Below, piece after piece: positions 1-9,692 of a DNA stretch of 64,000 bases. Numbering within the stretch: position 1 is the first letter of the stretch; each line of letters opens with the position of its first letter. The position numbers were made by a program, and so were the translations under genes. The notes under the pieces are model-generated. The model saw nothing but the letters and a program-made list of their open reading frames with translations, was not told the DNA's origin and made no database searches. Source of the DNA: Eukaryota sp. TZLM1-RC (taxonomy: Eukaryota > Protista > Metamonada: BaSk clade); contig JAUPSS010000014.1 in assembly GCA_040285825.1 (NCBI GenBank), positions 314,337 through 378,336 on the forward strand. The letters run 5' to 3'.

Positions 1-1632
1 CCTTCTATATGTAGTATAAATATTCCAGATACTTTACTTTCGAATTACGAGATACCTCCTATAGACGATGATTCTGATTCGGACTTCGAAGACATCCCAT
101 CAATTTCATCCCTAAGTAGACACCAAGACTTACCTATTTTTTCTTCTTGGTTCTCTAAAATAAGATCTGAACAACAAATAGCCAAAAATAATAATGACCC
201 TCTATTTGAGAATGCAATTTTAGATGAAAATACTCAAATTTGGAAAAACAATAAAAATAAAATTTTAATTCCAAAAAGCCTCAGAAAACAGGCACTATTA
301 ATAATTCATGGATTGGTTCAATCAGGCCACCCCAGCAAAAACGACAGTCTACATAAACTGTCCAAAAGCGACTTTTTCTGGCCTAATATGAGAAGGGACC
401 TCATAAACCACATCAAAAGATGCCCAACTTGTCAAAAAACGGCACCAGTTAAAAGAACAAAAACACCCTCCACAGGTTCCCTTTGGGCAGATCGTCCTTT
501 TGCCAGACTAAATGTTGACACAATTGGACCTCTGAATACTGAAAGTGATGGTAATAAATACTTATTAGTATTTGTAGATTCTTTTACTGGATATTTAATT
601 TTAGTCCCTCTGAAGGAACTCAATGCCTTAGAGACCGCAGACGCTTTGATTTGGAACGTTTGCGCAATTTTTGGCATACCTATGTTAATTCATAGTGATA
701 ATGGTCCTGAGTTCGCCAATGAGACTTTTAAGATAGTGTGTAATAGATTAGCTATTGAGATGAGTAACTCAATACCCCACTACTCTGAAAGTAATGGACT
801 CGTAGAGCGAAAACATAGAGACGTTCTACAATGCTTGAGGAAATTATTAATAGATTTTAATGATTACGGAAATTGGTCTACTTATGTACCCATATCCCAA
901 CTATTAATAAATTCCACTAAAAGCAGAAAGACAGGTTTTACACCTTACGAACTAATGTTCGGATCTTCGATTAGTCCAAGATCGGACCCTGCAAACATAT
1001 TAGGAAACTTATCAAAATTTGATTCCAATATACCTTTATTAGACGATATTAAAATGAAAAATACTCGTCTGCAAGAAAAAAGGGAAGAAGCAGAGCGTCA
1101 TCAATCATTAAATACTCCGATTTCAGTAGACAATACTAATTCGCGCTCTATAGTATTTAATATTGGTGACTATGTCCTACGTAAAACCAAACAGAATAAT
1201 AAATTACATGGATCTTGGAACGGACCCTTTTTAGTAATAGACCATCCTTCCAACTCCACTTTATTATTAAAGAATCTTATCACTGGCACCGAATTAAAAG
1301 CTGCCAAGAAAGATTGTAAAATCTATAACGCAGATAATCCTCAGGATATCGGATTTCTAAAGGCAGTCGCAGCAGGCGATGCTGAGAAACATGTTATAGA
1401 GAAAATCCTCTCAGAATATAATTCTGACTCAGGTAGTTTCTGTACTGTTCAATGGTTTGGTGGTGAGACAACAGAAGAGCCTCTCCATTCAGTTAAACAT
1501 TCAGAAGCTTACAAGTTGTTCAGCAGGAATAACAAGAAAATTGGAAAACGTACCTCTAGTCAACGTAAGAGTACCTCCAATAACTCTACGCCTTGCAAGA
1601 GGCTCAGACGCAGTACTAGAATTAGGAAGTGA
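1..1632 (+). CDS. Ty3/gypsy pol C-terminus: integrase (HHCC + DDE) with C-terminal chromodomain; 5' part outside window
   Basis: Frame is open from base 1. IH..SGH..CPTC zinc finger, VDTIG / HSDNG / VERKH catalytic DDE, WNGPF (GPY/F) motif, chromodomain-like HVIEKIL...CTVQWFGGETTEEP. Confidence 0.93.
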   Translation, partial: PSICSINIPDTLLSNYEIPPIDDDSDSDFEDIPSISSLSRHQDLPIFSSWFSKIRSEQQIAKNNNDPLFENAILDENTQIWKNNKNKILIPKSLRKQALLIIHGLVQSGHPSKNDSLHKLSKSDFFWPNMRRDLINHIKRCPTCQKTAPVKRTKTPSTGSLWADRPFARLNVDTIGPLNTESDGNKYLLVFVDSFTGYLILVPLKELNALETADALIWNVCAIFGIPMLIHSDNGPEFANETFKIVCNRLAIEMSNSIPHYSESNGLVERKHRDVLQCLRKLLIDFNDYGNWSTYVPISQLLINSTKSRKTGFTPYELMFGSSISPRSDPANILGNLSKFDSNIPLLDDIKMKNTRLQEKREEAERHQSLNTPISVDNTNSRSIVFNIGDYVLRKTKQNNKLHGSWNGPFLVIDHPSNSTLLLKNLITGTELKAAKKDCKIYNADNPQDIGFLKAVAAGDAEKHVIEKILSEYNSDSGSFCTVQWFGGETTEEPLHSVKHSEAYKLFSRNNKKIGKRTSSQRKSTSNNSTPCKRLRRSTRIRK

Positions 1633-1730
1633 TGCTAATTCTCAGTTTAGATTAGGTTATTTGTAGTTATTTAGTTATTTAGTTATTTGTTTATAGTTTA
1701 GATTCATATTTATATAAGCCTATTAGCTCT

Positions 1731-1748
1731 GAAAAAGGGAAGAAGCAG
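1731..1748 (+). promoter_or_regulatory. Polypurine tract of the gypsy element
   Basis: GAAAAAGGGAAGAAGCAG lies directly before TGTTG. Confidence 0.85.
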
Positions 1749-1829
1749 TGTTGGCGCCCTAAGGCTTTTATAATATGAATAGAAAATAAATTATCTTTAT
1801 CTCAACCACTTTTGCAACCTAAGGCAACA
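1749..1829 (+). mobile_element. 3' LTR (81 bp) of the gypsy element
   Basis: TGTTG...CAACA after the PPT. From 1830 the sequence matches the uninterrupted paralogous site at 15018 (acaagaaagaatttg). Contains a TATA-like tract and AATAAA. Confidence 0.88.
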
Positions 1830-1919
1830 ACAAGAAAGAATTTGATTTCCATCAGAACTTTGTTGAATACCGTAAACCAAACAATATCAATATCGTATTT
1901 ATTTATAAAAACACCCAAA

Positions 1920-4436
1920 CTAAAGTCTTGGCATTGATTTTGGAGGTTCCGATGATGGCAGCATACTTTGTGATCTTTGTGGAAATCTATTAGGGTTCTG
2001 TGACCTTGTCCACACAATGGAGTAATCATCATCAGTTTGAAAACCCAAGTGGGCTTGTTCAATACCAGCTTTGAAATCTTGCACTGCGGTAGCTACCATC
2101 TGGAACTTTTCATTGTTTAAAACATAAAAGAAATCATCCTCTAGGGGACGGCGGGGAGAAAACTCAACTGTAGAAAAGTCTGTTGACTGAATGGAGAGCA
2201 GGAGTGAAGCTGAAAAATGTGGTTTTTCTGGATTGTAGTAGATTGACCTTGGTGTTCTCAGATGTTCTGCAACGTTTTTCCTTGATCTAATCTCTCCAGT
2301 CTTGATTTGTATCTGCAGTACTCCAAGATAATCGGCCGCATAATTGTTCCTTATGGCTTTCACTATCTCCTCCGCTGTTGGAAAATCGTGGGATTCAGAG
2401 GGCTTAAACACAACAGGGACAATAGCATCAATATCCGCTGTTCCGGGCGGGAGAACCACTATTGTTCGATGGATAAAGGCTCCCAGAAGCATAAAATAGA
2501 AGTCTTGGGGTTCTTGAAGGTCAACAGTGGTCAACATTGATTCACAAATACTTATATATCCAGCAGCATTCAGTTTTCTAGTATTTTTTGATGAAGGTAA
2601 TCGATAACAATGACAATTCTCCTCTAAGAATAAACGTAGAGGAATCGGATACAAGTGTGAGAAAAGTTGAAAATTGGCAGGTATTTGGATTAACGAGTTA
2701 TAATTGAATTGACTGAATTGAAACAAATAGAGGAGAACACCAACACAAACAGGCTCGATAAGGATTCCCAAGGTTGTAGGAGCAACATGAGTAGTGAGAA
2801 GCTCCTTCATGATATCAATCAATGTTGACTGCCATGGTGCACTTGCTTTCAAATGTAGATAATTCCATGCAAAATGGGACAGAATAGGATCAACAGTGGG
2901 AAGAAGATAGGAGAAAACTCTATTTCCAAAATTGGAAGGAAAGAATTTGATAACGGCAAAGCAATAATGAACAAAATGGGAGAGTAGTGACTCATGTATA
3001 GCAACACCCTCTAGAATAAGAGAGAGGACAATGGCAGCATCTTTTGGAAGGACAGTACTATTGAAGGCATTTTCCACCTTCAAATTTACCTGAGAAGCAA
3101 AAAACATGAGTGAACTTGAATTGAGCGCATATGTTAACCATAGAGGTCTACAACTAACAGCATTTCTGAGAGACAAAAGTGGAGACACCAACGTTTGAAA
3201 ATACCCTGATTGTGATTGGGGAGGAAACAACTGAAACATTCCCGTTGAAAGTGGAGGTAGTGTGGTGCCGCATTGCACATGACTAACCATGTAAGGTTTC
3301 AACATGGGAGTTCTATAAGCACCTTCCTTCACTGCATCATGGCAAAAATGACGAAGAGAAGTGTGTGTTCCTGCAACCACAACTAGTAATTGAAAATGTT
3401 GTGTAAATAGATTTCGTGCAGCATGGCGCAAACAGCGATATAGATTCCATTCACTATCCATCCCGTTTGTTCCTGTGTTGAGACAGTTGTTGATTAGGGA
3501 CACCGCACTTGAATCGATTAAACTGCTGACCTCATCAGCAAATAGGACATATACAAATTCACGGGAGTGGTTCCGCTGAAGCAGTTGCACTAACGTCTCC
3601 GTCATGGCAGATATCGGCTCATTCTGCCGAAAATGGCCATTGAAAAGTTCCTTTGCCTGATCGACAACATTGTGGAAGGCTTCAACATACTCAGATCTTT
3701 TCGTCACCCCTTTCCAATCAGTTGGCTGTTCAGAGAGGAAAGATGCAATGATCATACACTGACAAGCAAATACAAACATTTTTACTCGTTCCCCTCTTTC
3801 CTCTTGTTGACAGGCCACTGGAACTAATGATTGAACAAAGGAAATTACACTAGGATCTGAAGGCGGCCAGGTATCTAATATGTCTCCAGTTTTTGAGTAT
3901 CTTGGGAAAGTAAAGTATGATGCCTTGTATTTGGTGTCGTTTTGTAGCCTGCTACATGTTTCGATCATAAATCTGGTCTTGCCCATACCAGTTGAGTTGA
4001 TAAGAGGTAGTACATTGGAATGGTAATTTAAAAGCAGATTAGTAGATGTATACTGAGGTAGGAGTTTCATAAACGTCTGGTAATGTCCAATATCTACATA
4101 GTCAGGTACCAAAAGATCTTGTTGCAGATTTCGTGCTATTTGATCTGGTCTGTCTACTTCTATACTCTCTTGTACAAGGTGGAAAACATGCAGGGGAGGT
4201 TCAGTGGGTGCTTTGTGTAATGATAGTAGACTTGAATCAACGTTGAGCATCAAAATCAGTGGTTCCAATGAATTGAGGTATACGTCCTCTACTTGGTTCA
4301 CTGGAAATCCTGCACGTCGTGCTTTCATAAGAAATCGTGGAAGGTCTTTCACCTGATTATCAGGACCGCTCATCTCTTGGAGCAATGATACAAACTTTGG
4401 AAGGTCATGAACATACAGAGTCGTTTCTGTAGGCAT
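1920..4436 (-). CDS. Crinkler/RHS-like P-loop NTPase + restriction-endonuclease-fold protein, copy 1
   Basis: Walker A INSTGMGKTR, Walker B VYVLFADEV, C-terminal ADIDAIVPV...LQIQIKTG (D...QxK nuclease motif). Confidence 0.75.
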   Translation of the reverse strand: MPTETTLYVHDLPKFVSLLQEMSGPDNQVKDLPRFLMKARRAGFPVNQVEDVYLNSLEPLILMLNVDSSLLSLHKAPTEPPLHVFHLVQESIEVDRPDQIARNLQQDLLVPDYVDIGHYQTFMKLLPQYTSTNLLLNYHSNVLPLINSTGMGKTRFMIETCSRLQNDTKYKASYFTFPRYSKTGDILDTWPPSDPSVISFVQSLVPVACQQEERGERVKMFVFACQCMIIASFLSEQPTDWKGVTKRSEYVEAFHNVVDQAKELFNGHFRQNEPISAMTETLVQLLQRNHSREFVYVLFADEVSSLIDSSAVSLINNCLNTGTNGMDSEWNLYRCLRHAARNLFTQHFQLLVVVAGTHTSLRHFCHDAVKEGAYRTPMLKPYMVSHVQCGTTLPPLSTGMFQLFPPQSQSGYFQTLVSPLLSLRNAVSCRPLWLTYALNSSSLMFFASQVNLKVENAFNSTVLPKDAAIVLSLILEGVAIHESLLSHFVHYCFAVIKFFPSNFGNRVFSYLLPTVDPILSHFAWNYLHLKASAPWQSTLIDIMKELLTTHVAPTTLGILIEPVCVGVLLYLFQFSQFNYNSLIQIPANFQLFSHLYPIPLRLFLEENCHCYRLPSSKNTRKLNAAGYISICESMLTTVDLQEPQDFYFMLLGAFIHRTIVVLPPGTADIDAIVPVVFKPSESHDFPTAEEIVKAIRNNYAADYLGVLQIQIKTGEIRSRKNVAEHLRTPRSIYYNPEKPHFSASLLLSIQSTDFSTVEFSPRRPLEDDFFYVLNNEKFQMVATAVQDFKAGIEQAHLGFQTDDDYSIVWTRSQNPNRFPQRSQSMLPSSEPPKSMPRL

Positions 4437-5769
4437 GTTGCTGGTAGAAGGATAAACTGTAGATAGTGGTAATGAATTCAGAAAGAGGATATCACAATAT
4501 TATGGTCCTTCTCTGACTATAAAATTACTTCTCTGTGGAGTTCCTGCGATGCAAGACGTAGACGCTGTTGAATGTGATAGTTGGATGAAGCAAATTAGTA
4601 GTATTTTTAATTATATCAAATAATGAGAAATAATTTAGATTGTCTGTCAATCCAAAAACAAACTTAAGCATGCTGTTGGTTCGTGCCACTCACTCTACAG
4701 TATCAAAACAATGGTTGTTATCTTGTGACCAAATAGATGGACCGTGAAGTGTGTGGAATATAGTTGTGATTCCGAAATACGTAGCACACTCTAGAATAGT
4801 GTAAAGACTAACACGAACGCATAATACATTACAAATATGGCCAGTATTCAAACAAAAGTCGATACAAAATTTTTTTGATAACGTAGACATTACACAAGAT
4901 GATGAACATAGTTTTTGGCTATTGAAACAAACTATATTAAGATTTGAGAGCAAAACAAGTAACTATTGATATAACCCTTGGATGCCACGTAAACAACTTT
5001 GCTATGTTGCCTATGATATTATACTTAATGCTGTTTTCACTCTTTGAAGGGGTAATCCATCACCCACTTTTCCCAAACCAAATAATCTCTTCACGATTTG
5101 CAACCATGTTTTTAATTATCTGGACAAAATTGCTGAACCTCCTTTGGCGACAGATATAAAAAGTCAATGCGATCAAGGCGAATGGCTTTTCTTTTTCCTT
5201 GATTAAGATGATAATCCATTAAACTTCAACTGCCAGTGTTGTCTCTGTGAAGATTTCCAGTAAGTCAAGTTCCAGTTCAATAGGTTGAGCAACATCGACA
5301 AACATTGTTGTTATTGATATAAGATACTGATAATAGACCTGAACAGAATAGCAGTATGGAATCAGTTGACTCAACGGAGGAGCGAACATCATCAAGTGAG
5401 GCTTGGGTGCTATGACTAATGCCTGAATTCAGTGATCCACCAGCTTGACCAGCTGTCCAACAGACTAGATTCCGGTAGCTGAACTCCATGGCCATGCAGA
5501 AAGTGTCGGAATTCTCAAAAGGCCTTTGATGCTACCTGGGGTGCTAGTTGCTTTCTGCTACTGGGTCCTGAATTGCTTGCAATCAGTACGTGGAATTATT
5601 CTACTTTACCTGCGGCTTGGGTCTTCTTCATTTGTCATGATATTTGTGATACTTATCCTCACACGAAAAAGCGAATAATTTTGAATTTGGATAAGTCAAC
5701 CGTACCTTTAATTTCCAGGTATAATGGAATTCAATGGAATAAAATCAACCATTACATTTTTTTGCAAAA

Positions 5770-6182
5770 ACTCCGATCATTATTCTTGATTCTTGGACTT
5801 CTTCTATTGAATGTTGAATTAATTTTGATGCAAATAATTCTCTTCTTGTTCAGACAAATACATCATTGCTAAATATACAAAACCTTTGTTTTTTGCTAAT
5901 GAAATTTCTCATGCTCTACATAATCTTAGCTAAGGTTGCTTTGGCATTCTTTGGCGATTTAAGTGTACTCGCTAAGCAAATGGCTCGGACATTTTTCACT
6001 CATGTTTACTGGCAAAACAAGTTTGTGAATTCAATTTAACAGTGTGGTGAAATTAATTTGTGATTCTTTGTCTTCCTGTGGGCAATTTTCAGAATCTTTA
6101 ACTGCTACGAGGTATGTTTTCAAGACGTGGAGATTAAGGTGTGTTTTTGATTGTTCTGTTTTTCTTCATTGCTTAATAAAAG
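5770..6182 (+). mobile_element. Highly decayed 3' remnant of CRE-like element (family 2); duplicate at ~18960-19370
   Basis: Nucleotide similarity to 13790-14380 (attgctaaatat..aaacc; gtttactggcaaaaca; ends AATAAA). Confidence 0.6.
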
Positions 6183-6591
6183 AAATTTAGTCTTTTCATG
6201 TGAAATAAATTAAAGAAGACTGTGATAATTATCTCAAATTTTGAGCTTTGAAAGACTGAAATGCCCAATTTTTAGAATCACACTTACTGATTAAAGCACA
6301 TTGTAGTCAGTCCCAGAAAGTAAATTTCCTCATTTTTTGAAAAGAAATACTGGCTCCAACCTTGGGATTCTGTTTTTGCCCGGTGTACACTACGGTGTGC
6401 ACTATGAAGTATTAAGCAAAACATCAGAATTACAAAGTAGTTGTGGTTTTTGCTTTTTTGTTTATGCATTGAATTCATTATTGGCAAAAAAATTGCGTGT
6501 CTAAAAGAATTAAGGTAAAAAACGTGATTGAAATTTGTTTATAAACCATAATGACAGCATTATTAATAGGAAAGGCGGGGTGTAAATTTTC

Positions 6592-6864
6592 TCAGCTTAA
6601 ACATGAGAAAAACACAATGACTGAATTGTCAATGATGTTGAAACGAAGCTCTAATTTAGATAGAATACACAGAACACAGGCGAGTGCACCAGCACCTTTA
6701 GGGCCAATATTGTTTGACTGAAGATTCATAGTAGTTATAGAACCATCCAAATCGTCACCTAACCATTCAATCCATCCCAATTCATAATTTGACTCGATGT
6801 CATCAAGAATATTTTTTCCACGCATTGGCTGTTTCATTTCACCATGTTCCTTCACTTTTGGCAT
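6592..6864 (-). pseudogene. Leucine-rich repeat (RI-like) gene fragment; duplicate at ~19781-20053
   Basis: TMNLQSNNIGPKGAGALACVL..LELRFNII. Confidence 0.6.
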
Positions 6865-7382
6865 TCCTTCATTATTAAGTGAAACTGTGTTGGGTGAATT
6901 CCTTGTGTGAAAATGGTTGTGTAGCTGCTTTCAAGGTATCAGTTCCATGGGTAATAGTTCCTACTCCTCCAAAATTTTCCTTTCGAAAAAATTGCTGTTT
7001 GCTAGATTTACTATCAACTTTCTTTCTGTCACGTATTGGTAAATGGTCTAATGAAGCCAATTTCATATGTAATGTCGATTGTGTTAATACTACATCCACA
7101 TCACATATGATGACGTGAACACCTTCCTAAAGAGGCAAGTCACGTTTAGCTACTGCTAACATCTCTTTTTATATTAAATCAATTGGTGAATTGTCAGTGT
7201 TGTCAATGAGATCCATTATTGCAAAGTACCTAACTCCAAGTTCCTTGGAATAACAATGTAATGAAGCTCTAATAGTTCCATTATTTTCAGTGTAACACGA
7301 ACTTCTGGGCCAGCATTATTTATAAATTCACTATCAATCAATCAAGTGCATAATGACAAAGTGGCATGTTATCGAAAGTTAA

Positions 7383-7628
7383 TCAATCCACAACACGTAA
7401 TTTGTTCTTAAAAGCAGTCAAAACAGACCAAACCTCTGACTTACTTGGTCTTTGGGTAAAATCAAACTCTAAACATTGAGAAAGTAAAGGGTATAAACTT
7501 AAAGGTAGGTCTTGATGCAGAGGAATAGATGGATGGTTACCAGAAGTTAGTTTATCGATAATAATTTGTTTTTTGCGGTTTCCATGTACTATGCCCTGCC
7601 AAATACTTTGACCAGTAAAGACAAATAG
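7383..7628 (-). pseudogene. Protein kinase C-lobe fragment, truncated
   Basis: FTGQSIW...HPSIP...LLSQCLEFDFTQRPS (subdomains IX-XI). Confidence 0.75.
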
Positions 7629-8871
7629 TTGACAAGTGTTGATGAGTTCCATCCCAAAATTTTTGCTTTGTCAGATGTAGACACTGCCAGTCATCAGCAA
7701 CTAGATCAATTATGTACAGTTATAAACTCCCTACCTCCCCAATCAAAATATCTGTTGATTGCAATCACGTCACGTCAGCATTTCCATCGTCAGTTTTCTT
7801 CATTGTGCTCTTCATTTTCCACCAGCACTCCGGCCACTACTTCACGGTCAGATTTGATAAGGGAAAAAGTTCAAAAGTACGGGTCAAAAATAGCTGATGA
7901 CGTCAACATTCGTGAAATATCTCTATGGTGTTTTGGATTAGATTCAAATGAAATTTCTCTTGTTTTTTCCATAATTGATTCAAATCTTGCTCAATGTTCA
8001 TCAATAAGAAGAATCTATCAATCAGATTTTGTCAAAGCAATCAATCAAATCAAGGAAGATCAATCACAATCACGTTATTTGACACGTATTGATTGTAATC
8101 ACCTTCCCAATCTGGAAGAAGTCGTTGGTTTGGAAGAAGTTAAAATGGTATTTAAAGATTTAATAGAATTACCTCTTAATTTCCCTTCTTTATATAAGAC
8201 AAATAAAGTTCTTCAAACATTGTTGTTGACCGCTTTACCAAACTCTGGTTGCCGTTTTCTTGCTCAATCATTTGCCAAATCAATCAATTTTGATTTTTAC
8301 ACTCTTAATCCTTCTTTCAACAATGATTTGCAAGACTTTTGGCGTATCGTTTCTTATTCCTTCAGCTTATTTTGCAAAAAATCGAATTCACTTTTATTTA
8401 TTGAGAATATTGACCAATTTGATTGTGTTTCTAATAGAGTTTTGAACAGCATAATTGATGGAATTAAGCTTGTTAAGCAATCATTTAAATCAAATTTAAT
8501 TGTCATCATGACGTCATCCAATCCAGATTTGATTGATTTTGGCCTATTCAGAATGATTGATGAAGTTTTGTTTGTTCATCCACCTGATGCAAAGGAACGA
8601 GAGTCTTTAATCAAAAAATATCTATCAAAATTTCCTAAATTAAATAGTCAAATTAATCCAAAATTATTAGCTGAAGAAAGTTCTTTGATAACTTCTGGAA
8701 ATTTAAAAATTGTGTTGAACAGGTAGTTTTGAATAGTAAAAAAGATATTTCTTTGATTAATAATGCTGACTTTGTAAGATCTTTTAGTCGTTGTTCTCAA
8801 TATTCATCAACAGAATTAACAAAATTGGCTGAATTCATGGATAGATTTCATGATGGTGCTGGTCTTCGTTA
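7629..8871 (+). pseudogene. Vps4/katanin-like AAA+ protein with degenerate Walker motifs, rearranged
   Basis: LEEVVGLEEVK..LIELPL; Walker A position reads ALPNSGCR, Walker B LLFIENID; TSSNPDLID; PPDAKERE. The C-terminal helix (ADFVRSF..ELTKLAEFMDRF..*) continues in another frame after 8726. Confidence 0.7.
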
Positions 8872-9222
8872 GTTTTTAATCATTGTTTTGTTGAGCAATA
8901 AATGTATTATATCGTTCAGATTGTTTTTAAGTTTCAAGTAATAACTATAGATTTATACCCAAAGAGGTGAGTTGATATATTTTGTTTTCGAAGCTCTACT
9001 ATTTACAGCAATAGTGCTGCTCTCAATGATAGAAACTTGACATTTAAATCATATCATATGTTTAGGTAGTTGGATTAAAAGTGACGAAATTATTTACTAT
9101 GCAGATCGAATTAATTTTCTATGCAGATACCTTAGCTAAATAGAGTTAGAACTAATTGAACTGATGATGTTCGTTGATATTTCCAAGAATAAAAATTAAA
9201 TATTACTTTATGGTATTATTTC

Positions 9223-9692
9223 ATGGCACAAACTGCAAGAATATCGTGTATCAAAGAGCCTCTGCTGAAGGAAACACTTTCTCTGAATAATTTTGGTTCT
9301 GATGATAGAGGTGATGTATACTGTGATTGGATTGATAATTCTGAAGCTATTGTTGACTTTGTCTCATGTAATGTTGCAAATGATACTTTGGTTCACAGAA
9401 GAAAACTTAATCCTGTGGCTGCTCTGGATTTCAAAGCAAAAGAGAAACATAGAAAATATGATACAGATATTGAAGTGGCTAATGTCGATAGAAATACACT
9501 GCTGGTTTTTATTGCTTTCCCATTTTCGATAAATGGAAGATTATCAGTTGAAGCATAAACATTTTGAATGACTTCCAAAAAATGGTGCAAGAAAAAACAA
9601 TGAAAAGATTTGATATTTTTTATGGCGTTCACGGATTCAATTTGCCATTATTAATTGATTACCACGGTTTTTCAATCGAATAAGAGAAGCTT
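9223..9692 (+). mobile_element. CRE-like non-LTR retrotransposon (family 1), RLE-only 3' fragment
   Basis: Near-identical to 11917-12385; DDRGDV..VDF..KEKHRKY. Confidence 0.88.

Larger units (their letters stand above)
1830..7628. repeat. Segmental duplication, copy A (direct repeat of 15018-20817)
   Basis: Near-identical sequence at an offset of ~13,188 bp; the ORF track repeats. Confidence 0.95.

Noticed and set aside
1752-1759. TGGCGCCC resembling a tRNA-Lys primer-binding site
   Set aside because: Only 8 nt match. It lies just inside the LTR after the PPT and also in the TSD-bounded solo LTR, so it is LTR sequence.
4690-5560. Short ORFs upstream of the Crinkler-like gene (duplicated at 17879-18750)
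   Set aside because: They look like a decayed gene, but no motif could be recognised, so no call is made.
6381-6404. Palindromic tandem cggtgtacacta-cggtgtgcacta as a DNA transposon end
   Set aside because: No matching second end or TSD found; it recurs only as part of the segmental duplication.
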